DNA from: Thermithiobacillus tepidarius DSM 3134
Lineage (GTDB): Bacteria; Pseudomonadota; Gammaproteobacteria; Acidithiobacillales; Thermithiobacillaceae
Length of the DNA: 32,000 bases
NCBI RefSeq assembly: GCF_048300925.1
Contig: NZ_CP133759.1
Direction: 5' to 3' (one strand)
The position numbers and the translations under genes are program-made. Under the pieces are notes generated by a model, which saw only the letters and a list, made by a program, of their open reading frames with translations, made no database searches and was not told the DNA's origin. This document shows, piece by piece, positions 1 to 8,750 of this stretch. Position 1 is the first letter of the stretch. Each line of letters opens with the position of its first letter.

Positions 1-572
1 GCCTGCACCTGCGCGGCCTCGGCGCCCAGTTGCCGCCAACGCCGGGCTTGCCGCTCATCCACCGGGTACACTGCTTCCAGCGGCATCGGCAGGAAATCGG
101 TGGCCGGGTCGCCGGCAATGACCACGGCCGGCAATTGGCGAGCGGCGCTCTGACGCGCCAGGTTCGCCGCTGGACCGCGGCCGATGGTCATGGTGCGCAA
201 AGGGTCCAGCCGCGCCAGGGTACGACGAATGGCACGGGGATGGTCGCAGGGACCGAAGCCGTAGCCGACGCCCTTCAAACCGCCGATGCGCGGGTCGAGC
301 AGTTCCGGATAGTCTCTTTCGAAGGTCAGGATGACGCGCAGGTCCAGCCGTTTTTCCCGAATGGCGCGGGTCAGCTCGGCGGCCAGCAGGACGTCGTCCG
401 CCTCGCCGGTGGCCTGCACCCACAAGGCCGGCCCGCGCCCGCCAGGGGCGCGCAGCCAGCCCCAGCGGGCATTGGCCTGATGGCTGCGCCCTGCCCGCCG
501 GTCCCGATAGCCGGACCACCATGCCCGCAGGGCGCTGGCACCATAGTAGCTTCTAGGCTCTTTCACGCTCAT
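1..572 (-). CDS. Divergent 3-deoxy-D-manno-octulosonic-acid (KDO) transferase / glycosyltransferase-N-like protein, 3' end truncated by window edge
   Basis: Minus-strand reading from ATG at 570-572 (overlapping the end of the DUF374 gene): MSVKEPRSYYGASALRAWWSGYRDRRAGRSHQANARWGWLRAPGGRGPALWVQATGEADDVLLAAELTRAIREKRLDLRVILTFERDYPELL... resembles the WaaA N-terminal pattern (h-x-S/T-GE-x3-A-x2-L-h), weakly. Confidence 0.5.
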   Translation of the reverse strand, partial: MSVKEPRSYYGASALRAWWSGYRDRRAGRSHQANARWGWLRAPGGRGPALWVQATGEADDVLLAAELTRAIREKRLDLRVILTFERDYPELLDPRIGGLKGVGYGFGPCDHPRAIRRTLARLDPLRTMTIGRGPAANLARQSAARQLPAVVIAGDPATDFLPMPLEAVYPVDERQARRWRQLGAEAAQVQ

Positions 573-1230
573 TCCTTGTGATCCGATCCGCCCGCGCGGT
601 CAGCGCCCGCATGCGGCTTTCCAACGCACTTTGAAATTCGCTCAGCTGCCCGGCCGTGGCATCGCGCGGCACGCGCATGGGCTCGCCCCAGAGAATGGCG
701 CCGCGGGTAAATGGGAGAGCCAGGAGGAAGCGATCCCAGCTCGGGATCACCTTGGCCCAGCGCGCCGAAAAGGTGACTGGCACGATGGGCATGCCGGTCA
801 CGCGAGCGATTTCCAGCACGCCCGGCTGCACCTTTTCCCGGGGGCCGCGCGGGCCATCGGGCGTGATGGCCAGATCGCTGCCGGTACGGGCAATGCGCAG
901 CATGCCCATCAGGCCCTTGACCGCGCCGCGCCGGCTGGAGCCGCGCACGGCCTGGTAGCCCCAGTACGCCATGGTCCGGGCGATGAGTTCGCCGTCGCGA
1001 TGCTCGCTGATGAGGATGTGCACTTGCCGACCGCCCAGCTGCCGGTAAGCATGGGGAATCATCAGCAGGCGTCCGTGCCAGAACGCCAGCAGGATGGGTT
1101 GGCCGGCGCGCAACAGCGCCTGCACTGGCTCGCCGCCCTCCACGCGCCAGCGGCCGGTGAAGGCGACCAGGCGAATGTAGCGGGCGATCAGCCATGCGGC
1201 CAGCTGCTGCCAGCGTCCTTGCAGCTTCAT
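553..1230 (-). CDS. DUF374 family lysophospholipid acyltransferase-like protein
   Basis: 225 aa ORF; motifs LLAFWHGRLLMIP, ILISEHRDGELIA, RGSSRRGAVKGL, ITPDGPRGPR, typical of DUF374. Confidence 0.9.
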   Translation of the reverse strand: MKLQGRWQQLAAWLIARYIRLVAFTGRWRVEGGEPVQALLRAGQPILLAFWHGRLLMIPHAYRQLGGRQVHILISEHRDGELIARTMAYWGYQAVRGSSRRGAVKGLMGMLRIARTGSDLAITPDGPRGPREKVQPGVLEIARVTGMPIVPVTFSARWAKVIPSWDRFLLALPFTRGAILWGEPMRVPRDATAGQLSEFQSALESRMRALTARADRITRNERERA

Positions 1231-1260
1231 GTCAGCAGCCGGAAGACAGATGGACGGACT

Positions 1261-1662
1261 TCACGAGGCTTGCTGGGTGGCGATGCTGACGCGCAGCAAA
1301 CCGGCCTGCCGGGCGGCGTCCAACACCGTCACCACGTGCTGCTGGATGGTGTTGCGGTCGGCCCGCAGCAGCAACACCTGATTGCTGTCCTGGCGCGCCA
1401 GAGCCGCCAGGCGCTGCCGCAGCTCGCCGGCATTGAGTGACTGGCCGTTGAGAGCCAAGCGCCCCGCGGCGTCGATGTCCACGGTGATGGGTGCCTTGGG
1501 CACGGCCGCCGTCTGGCTGGCGGCCGGCAGATCCAGACGCAGCGTCGATTGCTTGGTGAAGGTGGTGGTCACCATGAAAAACAGCAGGATCACCAGCACC
1601 ACGTCGACCATGGAGATGATGTTGATCTCCGGCTCCTCGCGGGGGTGGCGCCGGAAATTCAT
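1261..1662 (-). CDS. exbD: ExbD/TolR family biopolymer transport protein
   Basis: In-frame ATG at 1662 gives MNFRRHPREEPEINIISMVDVVLVILLFFMVTTTF..., the typical ExbD N-terminus with single TM and Asp. The longer 1261..2178 ORF is an upstream artefact. Confidence 0.92.
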   Translation of the reverse strand: MNFRRHPREEPEINIISMVDVVLVILLFFMVTTTFTKQSTLRLDLPAASQTAAVPKAPITVDIDAAGRLALNGQSLNAGELRQRLAALARQDSNQVLLLRADRNTIQQHVVTVLDAARQAGLLRVSIATQQAS

Positions 1663-2267
1663 CGCCGCGCCCCCTGCACCAGTTCCACCACCTTCAGGGA
1701 TTCCTTCTCCATGATGAGGATCAACTCGTCGATCTTGCCGCGGAAATAGCGGTACATCATCAGGCTGGGAATGGCGACGATGAGGCCGGCGGCGGTGGTG
1801 ATCAGCGCCTCGGAGATGCCGCCTGCCAGCACCCGGGGATTGCCCACGCCCACCATGTTGATGGCGCTGAAGGCGTGCATGATGCCGAAGACGGTACCCA
1901 GGAGACCGAGCAGGGGAGAGACGCCGGCGATGGTGCCCAGCACGTTGAGGTAGCGCTCCAGGACGGCGACCTCCTGCCGCCCCACCTCTTCGATGGACTC
2001 CTTGATGAACTCCCGCTGCGAGCCGGCGTTGCGCAGGCCCGCCAGCAGGATGCGCGCCAGCGGCGTGTTGCTGTCCTTGAGACGCTGCAGGGCGCCTTGC
2101 ACCTCCCCCTTGCGGATCAGTTCCTCGATCGCATCGGCCAGGCCGGGCGGAGCGATCCGCTCGTTGCGCAGCAGCCACAGACGGTTGCCGATGATCGCCA
2201 GGGCCACCACCGCAGCCAGCACAATGGGCACCATGACCCAGCCACCTGCACGTATGACTTCGAACAC
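1659..2267 (-). CDS. exbB: MotA/TolQ/ExbB proton channel family protein
   Basis: 202 aa (GTG start); 'GLLGTVFGIMHAF', 'GGISEALITTAAGLIVAIPSLMMYRYF' typical of ExbB; overlaps exbD by 4 nt. Confidence 0.92.
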   Translation of the reverse strand: MFEVIRAGGWVMVPIVLAAVVALAIIGNRLWLLRNERIAPPGLADAIEELIRKGEVQGALQRLKDSNTPLARILLAGLRNAGSQREFIKESIEEVGRQEVAVLERYLNVLGTIAGVSPLLGLLGTVFGIMHAFSAINMVGVGNPRVLAGGISEALITTAAGLIVAIPSLMMYRYFRGKIDELILIMEKESLKVVELVQGARR

Positions 2268-2300
2268 GTCCTCACTCCCTTTGATTTTGGGCCAATACTA

Positions 2301-4589
2301 TCACGATCCCCGCCCAGGCACAGGGCCCTGGTGCAGCCAGTAATGACGGGCGGGCCGTTGCAACGACAGACTGGCGGCCGTCCGCCCCCCCAGGTGGAAA
2401 GCAAGGGCACCGGTGCGGGCGGGGGCGAGCGCCGGTGGGCCATCATCGCCGGCCGGCTTTTCTGCCCCGCCCCGGCGCCCACCGGCCGCGACCAGGTAGT
2501 CGGGAGCAGCGGCCTCCGCCAGCTGCCCGAGGCCGGAGCCGCCGCCGGCCGAGACCAGGGCGTTGCTGCGCAAGTTGCCGCCGAAGCGGCTGACGAGCCT
2601 GTCGGCCGCACCACCGGACAGCGGGCCGCCCAGCAGTGCCTGCCAGCCGGGGCCGTAAGCGGCCAGCACGCAGGGATCACGCTCGCCGGCCATGGGCGCC
2701 AGGAAGACGAAGATCACCCCATCCCAGGTCCAATGCTGGCCGGCCCGGCATGGGCGGGCCGGAGCGCCGGGCAATGCGGCCGTCGCGCTCCATAACTGCG
2801 GGGCAGGATACTGTCTGGGCAGCAGGCTGGCAGCATCGAGCGGCGCCCGGGCGGCGGCGCTGAGGACCACGGCATCCAAGCGGCGGATGCCGGCATGATG
2901 CATGAAGGGCTGCACGACCAGGTGCAGGGTCGCGCCGGAGGGGCGTGCCCTGGGGCTCGAGTGGAAAAACAGGCTGTGGTGCCGGGTTTGCAGCACCACG
3001 GCGGTGTCCATCCCGGCGTCCAGGACGGTCAGGCGCGCCTGCCCAGGCGGCAGGACCGCCGCGGCGGGCAGCAGGAGCGGCAGAAAGGTCAGCAGCCCCA
3101 AGCTGCGCCCCGGCCAGGCCGCCGGCAGAAAGAGAAGCAGCAGGCCAACGAGCAAAGCAAGCAGCATCCAGACGGATGGGCTGCCGACGGCCAGGGTGCC
3201 CCAAGGCAACCGGTCGAGCTGCTCCAGAAACCACAGCAGCGGCTGGAAGGCAAGGCTGGTCAGGTGAAACAGTCCGCGGCCCGCCAGCTCCAGGCCGCTC
3301 AGGGAGGCCAGTGCGCCGAGCAGGGCCAGCGGCGTGGCCACCCCTTCCACCACCGGAATGGCCACGAGGTTCGCCAGGGGCGACAGCAGGGGCACCTGCC
3401 CGAAGAGCAGCGCCAGCACCGGCACCAGTCCCAGCGCAATCAGGACCTGATAGCCGAGCAGGCTGCGCCAGAGCCCCGCCCGCCCTACCCGGCCGACCAG
3501 CAGCCAGAAAATCAGCCCGACCGCCGTGAAGGACAGCCAGAAGCCCGGTTCCGCCACGGCCCCGGGCTGCAGGATGAAGATGACGCCCGCCGCCAGCGCC
3601 AGGCTGTGAAACAGGCGCAATTCCCGCTGCAGCACGAGGGCACCGGCCAGCACCGTGACCATAATGACTGCCCGCAGGGTGGCCAGCTCCATGCCGGCCA
3701 TCAGGCCGTAGCCCCAGGCGCTCAGCACCATCACCGCGGCAGCCGGCGGTGCGGCCGGGTAGCGGCGCACCAGAGGCGGCACGGCACTCCACAGCCATTT
3801 GGCCAGCAAAAAGACCAAGCCGGCCACCAGCGTGATGTGGGAACCGGAAATGACCATCAGGTGGGCAGTCCCCGCGCGCACGAAACGCTGCCACAGATCC
3901 GGCGGCAACTGATTCTGCACGCCCACGGTCAGTGCCTGCACCAAGCCCGCCTCGGCCCGGGGCAAGGCAGCATTGCTGGCCTGGAGCACCTGCTGGCGCA
4001 AGCTCTGGAACCAGCGCAGCAGGGCATGGCCGCCCGCCCCGGCCAACTGCACCGGCTCCGGCACGGACTGTACCGCGCCCACGGCCCGCACCCCCTGCCA
4101 GAAGAGCGCGTAGCTGCGGTCGAAACCGCCCGGATTGGTGGCGGCCTGCGGCCGCTGCAAACGTGCCGTCAGGCGCCAGCGTTGGCCATAGGCCAGCTCG
4201 GGCGGTGCCGGCCCGTCGAATGAGAGCTGCAGAAGTCCTCGGAAATCGATGGACCCGAGCGGCCCATCCATGTGCTCGGGAGCGAACAGCAGGCGGGTGC
4301 CGTTCCCGCGGGCTTCCGGCAGTGACGCGATGGTCCCGGTGATGACCAGTGCCTGCCCAACTGCGGCGTCGGGCAGGGTTTCGTGGCTGATGCGCTGGGC
4401 TTGCCAGGCGCCCCAGGCAAAGGCGGCACAGGCGGCGGCCGGCAGCAACAGGATGCGCCAACGCCAGACCGGCAGCAGCAAGGCCAGCGCCAATCCCGCC
4501 GCCGGCCACGGCACTGGAATGCTCTCCTGCCGGTACAACAGCAAGAGGCCCAGGCCGATGGCGAGCACCACCTCCGGCAGGCCCGGCAT
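2301..4589 (-). CDS. comEC: DNA internalization-related competence protein ComEC/Rec2 with degenerate C-terminal metallo-beta-lactamase-like domain
   Basis: Long multi-TM ORF with DUF4131/OB-like region, Competence domain ('GTAHLMVISGSHITLVAG', 'GFWLSFTAVGLIFW') and C-terminal MBL-like segment. ORF track extends to 4646 (GTG); start at 4589 (MPGLPEVVLAIG) chosen tentatively. Confidence 0.9.
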   Translation of the reverse strand: MPGLPEVVLAIGLGLLLLYRQESIPVPWPAAGLALALLLPVWRWRILLLPAAACAAFAWGAWQAQRISHETLPDAAVGQALVITGTIASLPEARGNGTRLLFAPEHMDGPLGSIDFRGLLQLSFDGPAPPELAYGQRWRLTARLQRPQAATNPGGFDRSYALFWQGVRAVGAVQSVPEPVQLAGAGGHALLRWFQSLRQQVLQASNAALPRAEAGLVQALTVGVQNQLPPDLWQRFVRAGTAHLMVISGSHITLVAGLVFLLAKWLWSAVPPLVRRYPAAPPAAAVMVLSAWGYGLMAGMELATLRAVIMVTVLAGALVLQRELRLFHSLALAAGVIFILQPGAVAEPGFWLSFTAVGLIFWLLVGRVGRAGLWRSLLGYQVLIALGLVPVLALLFGQVPLLSPLANLVAIPVVEGVATPLALLGALASLSGLELAGRGLFHLTSLAFQPLLWFLEQLDRLPWGTLAVGSPSVWMLLALLVGLLLLFLPAAWPGRSLGLLTFLPLLLPAAAVLPPGQARLTVLDAGMDTAVVLQTRHHSLFFHSSPRARPSGATLHLVVQPFMHHAGIRRLDAVVLSAAARAPLDAASLLPRQYPAPQLWSATAALPGAPARPCRAGQHWTWDGVIFVFLAPMAGERDPCVLAAYGPGWQALLGGPLSGGAADRLVSRFGGNLRSNALVSAGGGSGLGQLAEAAAPDYLVAAGGRRGGAEKPAGDDGPPALAPARTGALAFHLGGRTAASLSLQRPARHYWLHQGPVPGRGS

Positions 4590-4665
4590 GCGCCGAAAAA
4601 AAGCTTGGGCGCGCGGGCAGGTATGGGATAAACTCGGCGGGATCACAGGCCAGGACTTAAGTTAC

Positions 4666-5235
4666 TTGCGTAAGTTCTTATCTAAATACCTGCCTTGTCG
4701 CGAGCGGGTGTTGCGAACCCGGTGCCTGGGGCGCTTTACTCACCTGCTGCACCATCACGAGCTGTGGCATTTTCATCGGCGCAGCTTGGCCGGCGGCTTG
4801 GCCTTGGGCCTCTTCATCGCCAGCACGCCGCTCCTGGGCCACGTCCCCCTGGTGCTGATCGGTGCGCTGCTGTTGCGGGTCAACATTCCCGCCGCCGTCG
4901 GCGCCGCCCTGCTCACCAACCCCTTGACCATGCCCCCTTTCTACTATTTCGCCTTCCGGGTTGGCGAAACGGTCACCCGCTTCTTGGGATTGCCCCTGTC
5001 CGCCGGCCGCCACCTGGACCTGATGCAACTGATCAACAACTGGCACAACCTGCTGGGCGAAGGCGGACGTCAGCTCTGGAGCGCCTATCTGATCACCTGG
5101 ATCGGCTCCCTGCTGATCGGCACCTTGGCCGCCGCCACGGGCTACTATCTGACCCTGGCCGGCTGGCGCTTGGCGGTCGTGTGGCGCTGGCGCCGGCGCC
5201 AGCGGGCCCGCCGCCTGCCTCCCAAAGCAGTATAG
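4666..5235 (+). CDS. DUF2062 domain-containing membrane protein
   Basis: In-frame TTG start gives (M)RKFLSKYLPCRERVLRTRCLGRFTHLLHHHELWHFHRRSLAGGLALGLFIASTPLLGHVP...LLTNPLTMPPFYYFAFRVG, the typical DUF2062 pattern. Confidence 0.85.
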   Translation: MRKFLSKYLPCRERVLRTRCLGRFTHLLHHHELWHFHRRSLAGGLALGLFIASTPLLGHVPLVLIGALLLRVNIPAAVGAALLTNPLTMPPFYYFAFRVGETVTRFLGLPLSAGRHLDLMQLINNWHNLLGEGGRQLWSAYLITWIGSLLIGTLAAATGYYLTLAGWRLAVVWRWRRRQRARRLPPKAV

Positions 5236-5261
5236 ACCAGGATCCGCTCTCCCCCTGGCGC

Positions 5262-5945
5262 CTACCCGGCCTGGGAGACGATCTGGCCGTCGCGGATCTG
5301 ATACACCCGCTGCATCCGCTCCGCCAAACGGGGATCGTGGGTCACCACCACCAGGCTGGTGCCCAGGTGCTGGTTCAGATCCAGGAGCAGGTCGTGGATC
5401 TTCGCCGCCGTCTGCGAATCCAGGTTGCCGGTCGGCTCGTCGGCCAAGAGCAGGCGCGGGCGCGTGACCAAGGCGCGGGCGATGGCGGCCCGTTGCCGTT
5501 CGCCGCCGGACAGCTCGCCCGGCTTGTGGCGCAGGCGCTCGCCCAAGCCCACCTGGGCCAGCAGCTCGCTGGCCCGGGCGGCCGCCTCTTCGCGCGGACG
5601 GCGCTGGATCAGCAGCGGAATCATCACGTTCTCCAGGGCGGTGAACTCCGGCAACAGATGGTGGAATTGGTAGACGAAGCCCATCTTGTCGTTGCGCAAG
5701 CGGCCGCGGGCCGCCTCCCCCAGGGCGTAGAGATCCTGCCCCTCGACCCAGACCCGCCCGGCCGAAGGTCGGTCCAGGCCGCCGAGCAGGTGCAGCAGGG
5801 TGCTCTTGCCGGAGCCCGAAGCACCGACGATGCCCACGCTCTCCCCCGCCGAAATCCGCAGGTCGATGCCCTTGATGACCTCCAACTGCACCCGCCCCTG
5901 ACGGAACAGCCGGCGCAATCCCTCCGCTTTCAGAACGTCACTCAT
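5262..5945 (-). CDS. lolD: Lipoprotein-releasing ABC transporter ATP-binding protein LolD
   Basis: 227 aa; Walker A GASGSGKSTLLHLLGGLDRP, signature LSGGERQRAAIARAL, Walker B LLLADEPTGNLD; adjacent to lolC. Confidence 0.95.
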   Translation of the reverse strand: MSDVLKAEGLRRLFRQGRVQLEVIKGIDLRISAGESVGIVGASGSGKSTLLHLLGGLDRPSAGRVWVEGQDLYALGEAARGRLRNDKMGFVYQFHHLLPEFTALENVMIPLLIQRRPREEAAARASELLAQVGLGERLRHKPGELSGGERQRAAIARALVTRPRLLLADEPTGNLDSQTAAKIHDLLLDLNQHLGTSLVVVTHDPRLAERMQRVYQIRDGQIVSQAG

Positions 5946-7182
5946 AGCGCAGGGCCTCCACGGGATCGGTGCGCGCCGCGCGCAGCGCGGGATAGATGGT
6001 CGCCAGCCAGCTCATGAGCAGGGAGGCCACGGCGATGCGCCAGACGTCGCGCTGCTCCAGCTGGGAAGGCAGCTCGCTGATGAAATACACGTCCGGCGAC
6101 AGGAACTGCACGTGGAAAAGCTGCTCGATGGCAGGCACCAACGTCGGCACGTTGAGGGCCAACAGCACGCCGCCCACCACGCCCAGCAAGGTGCCGACGA
6201 TGCCGATCATGGCGCCCTGCACCATGAAGATGGCGGTGATGCTCAGCGGGCTCGCGCCCAGGGTGCGCAGGATGGCGATGTCCGACTGCTTGTCGGTGAC
6301 CACCATCACCAGGGTGGAGACGATGTTGAAGGCGGCCACGGCGATGATCAGCGACAAGATCACGAACATCACCGTTTTTTCGATCTTCAGGGCGCGGAAG
6401 AAGTTGGCGTGGCCCATGGTCCAGTCCTGCACGAAGTAGTCGGGTCCCAGCAGTTGCTGGAACTGCGCCGCCACGCCCTGGGACTGGAACAGATCGGCCA
6501 GCTTCAGGCGGACGCCCGTCACCCCGTCGCCCAGACTATAGAGGCGGGCGGCGTCCTGCAGGTTGGTGTAGGCCAATCCGCTGTCGTACTCGTACATGCC
6601 CACCGAGAAGATGCCCACCACCGTGAAGCGGCGCAGGCGCGGGGTGACCCCGAGCGGGCTGACCTGGCCCTGGGGGGAGATGAGCGTGACCTTGTCGCCG
6701 ACGCCGACGCCCAGGTTCTGCGCCAGGGCGCTGCCCAGCACGATGCCGAAGGAGCCCGGCCGCAGGGCATCCAGCCGCCCGGCCACGATGTGCTGCCCCA
6801 GGGCCGACACCCGCACCTCGCGGGCCGGGTCGATACCGCGGATGATGGCACCGGTGACCGCCTGATCGTCGCTGATCATGGCCTGCGCCTGCACGTAGGG
6901 CGCCACCCCCAGGATGCCGGGCCGCCGCTCCACCTGGGCTGCCACCCGCTGCCAATCGTAGAGGGGCTGACCGTTGCCCTCGATCACCATGTCCGAGACC
7001 ACGCCCAGGATGCGGGTACGCAACTCCTGCTCGAAGCCGTTCATGACCGACAGCACGGTGATCAGCGCCGCCACCCCAAGGCCGATGCCGAGCATGGCGA
7101 TGAGCGAGATGAAGGAAATGAAATGGTTGCGCCGCTTGGCGCGCGTGTAGCGCAGCCCGATCCAGAGCTCGTAGGGGCGCAT
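5938..7182 (-). CDS. lolC: Lipoprotein-releasing ABC transporter permease, LolC/LolE family
   Basis: 414 aa; 'YELWIGLRYTRAKRRNHFISFISLIAMLGIGLGVAALITVLSVMNGFEQELR', a classic LolC/E N-terminus. Confidence 0.93.
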   Translation of the reverse strand: MRPYELWIGLRYTRAKRRNHFISFISLIAMLGIGLGVAALITVLSVMNGFEQELRTRILGVVSDMVIEGNGQPLYDWQRVAAQVERRPGILGVAPYVQAQAMISDDQAVTGAIIRGIDPAREVRVSALGQHIVAGRLDALRPGSFGIVLGSALAQNLGVGVGDKVTLISPQGQVSPLGVTPRLRRFTVVGIFSVGMYEYDSGLAYTNLQDAARLYSLGDGVTGVRLKLADLFQSQGVAAQFQQLLGPDYFVQDWTMGHANFFRALKIEKTVMFVILSLIIAVAAFNIVSTLVMVVTDKQSDIAILRTLGASPLSITAIFMVQGAMIGIVGTLLGVVGGVLLALNVPTLVPAIEQLFHVQFLSPDVYFISELPSQLEQRDVWRIAVASLLMSWLATIYPALRAARTDPVEALRYE

Positions 7183-7185
7183 GCG

Positions 7186-8691
7186 TCAGGCTTCCGGGCG
7201 CATGTGCGGGAAGAGGATCACGTCGCGGATGCTGGGGCTGTCGGTGAGCAGCATGACCAGCCGGTCGATGCCCACCCCCACCCCCGCCGCCGGCGGCATG
7301 CCGTACTCCAAAGCGCGGATGTAGTCGGCGTCGAAGTGCATGGCCTCCTCGTCGCCGGCCGCCTTCTCCTCCACCTGCTTGCGGAAGCGGGCGGCCTGGT
7401 CCTCGGGGTCGTTGAGCTCGGAGAAGCCGTTGGCGATCTCGCGCCCGGCGACGATCAGCTCGAAGCGGTCGGTGACCTCGGGGTTGTCCTGGTTGCGCCG
7501 CGCCAGCGGGCTCACCTCGGTGGGATATTCGGTGATGAAGGTGGGCTGCATGAGCCGGTGCTCCACGGTCTTCTCGAAAACCTCGGTCAGCAGCTTGCCC
7601 GGCCCCCAACCGGGCTCCAGCTTGGCCTTGAGCTCGCCCAACTTGGCCCGCAGGCGCTCGGGGTCGTCGAGGTCGGCCGCATGCAGGTCCGAGTTGTGGG
7701 CCAGCACCGCTTCGCGCACGGTCATGCGCGCGAAGGGCCGGCTGAGATCCAGCGCCAGTCCTTGGTAAGTCACCTGTTCCGTGCCCAGGGCCTGGCGGGC
7801 GGCCTCGCGGATCAGCGCCTCGGTCAGGTCCATGGCGTCGCGGTAGTCGGCGTAAGCCTGATAGAACTCCAGCATGGTGAATTCGGGATTGTGCCGGGTG
7901 GACAGGCCCTCGTTGCGGAAGTTGCGGTTGATCTCGAAGACCTGCTCGAAGCCGCCCACCAGCAGGCGCTTCAGGTAGAGCTCCGGCGCGATGCGCAGGT
8001 AGAGGGTCATGTCCAGGGCGTTGTGGTGGGTCACGAAGGGCCGCGCCGTGGCGCCACCCGGGATGGGCTGCATCATGGGCGTCTCCACCTCCAGGAAGCC
8101 GCGCCGGGTCAGGCTCTCGCGGACGGCGCTGACCAGCCGCGAGCGCACCTGGAAGGTGCGGCGGCTCTCCTCGGTGACGATCAGGTCCACGTAGCGTTGC
8201 CGGTAGCGCATCTCCTGGTCGCTCAAGCCGTGCCACTTTTCCGGCAGCGGCCGCAGCCCCTTGGCCAGCAGGCGCAGGGATTGCACGCGCACGGACAGCT
8301 CGCCGGTCTTGGTGCGAAAGAGCGCGCCGGCGACGCCGATGATGTCGCCGAGATCCAGGCGCTTGAACTCGTCGTAGGCGCTCTCGCCCAGTTCGTCGCG
8401 GGTGACGAAGAGCTGCATGCGGCCGGACATGTCCTGGATATGGGCGAAGCTGGCCTTGCCCATCACTCGGCGGGTCAACATGCGCCCGGCCACGCAGACC
8501 TGGATGGCTTCCGCCTCCAGGGCTTCGGCGGTCAGCTCGCCATAGCGGGCCACCAAATCGCCGACCAGGGCATCGCGCCGGAAGTCGTTGGGGTAGGCCT
8601 CGCCGGCGGCGCGCCGTTCGGCCAATTTGGCGTAGCGCTGCTCGACCAGTTCGTTGCTGTCCAGGATTTCGTGTTCCATGCCGTGCTTCAA
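7186..8691 (-). CDS. lysS: Lysine--tRNA ligase (class II)
   Basis: 501 aa; '[64 protein letters not shown]' and '[31 protein letters not shown]'. Confidence 0.97.
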   Translation of the reverse strand: MKHGMEHEILDSNELVEQRYAKLAERRAAGEAYPNDFRRDALVGDLVARYGELTAEALEAEAIQVCVAGRMLTRRVMGKASFAHIQDMSGRMQLFVTRDELGESAYDEFKRLDLGDIIGVAGALFRTKTGELSVRVQSLRLLAKGLRPLPEKWHGLSDQEMRYRQRYVDLIVTEESRRTFQVRSRLVSAVRESLTRRGFLEVETPMMQPIPGGATARPFVTHHNALDMTLYLRIAPELYLKRLLVGGFEQVFEINRNFRNEGLSTRHNPEFTMLEFYQAYADYRDAMDLTEALIREAARQALGTEQVTYQGLALDLSRPFARMTVREAVLAHNSDLHAADLDDPERLRAKLGELKAKLEPGWGPGKLLTEVFEKTVEHRLMQPTFITEYPTEVSPLARRNQDNPEVTDRFELIVAGREIANGFSELNDPEDQAARFRKQVEEKAAGDEEAMHFDADYIRALEYGMPPAAGVGVGIDRLVMLLTDSPSIRDVILFPHMRPEA

Positions 8692-8750
8692 TCCTTTTTT
8701 GGAGTACGCCGCAGACTTCGCTGCGCTTGTTCACGTTTGCGCTGCCGGCC

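Noticed and set aside
1875-4223. Long plus-strand ORFs 1875..2795 and 2895..4223
   Set aside because: Antisense to exbB and comEC, low-complexity Gln/Gly/Arg-rich translation, no recognisable motif.
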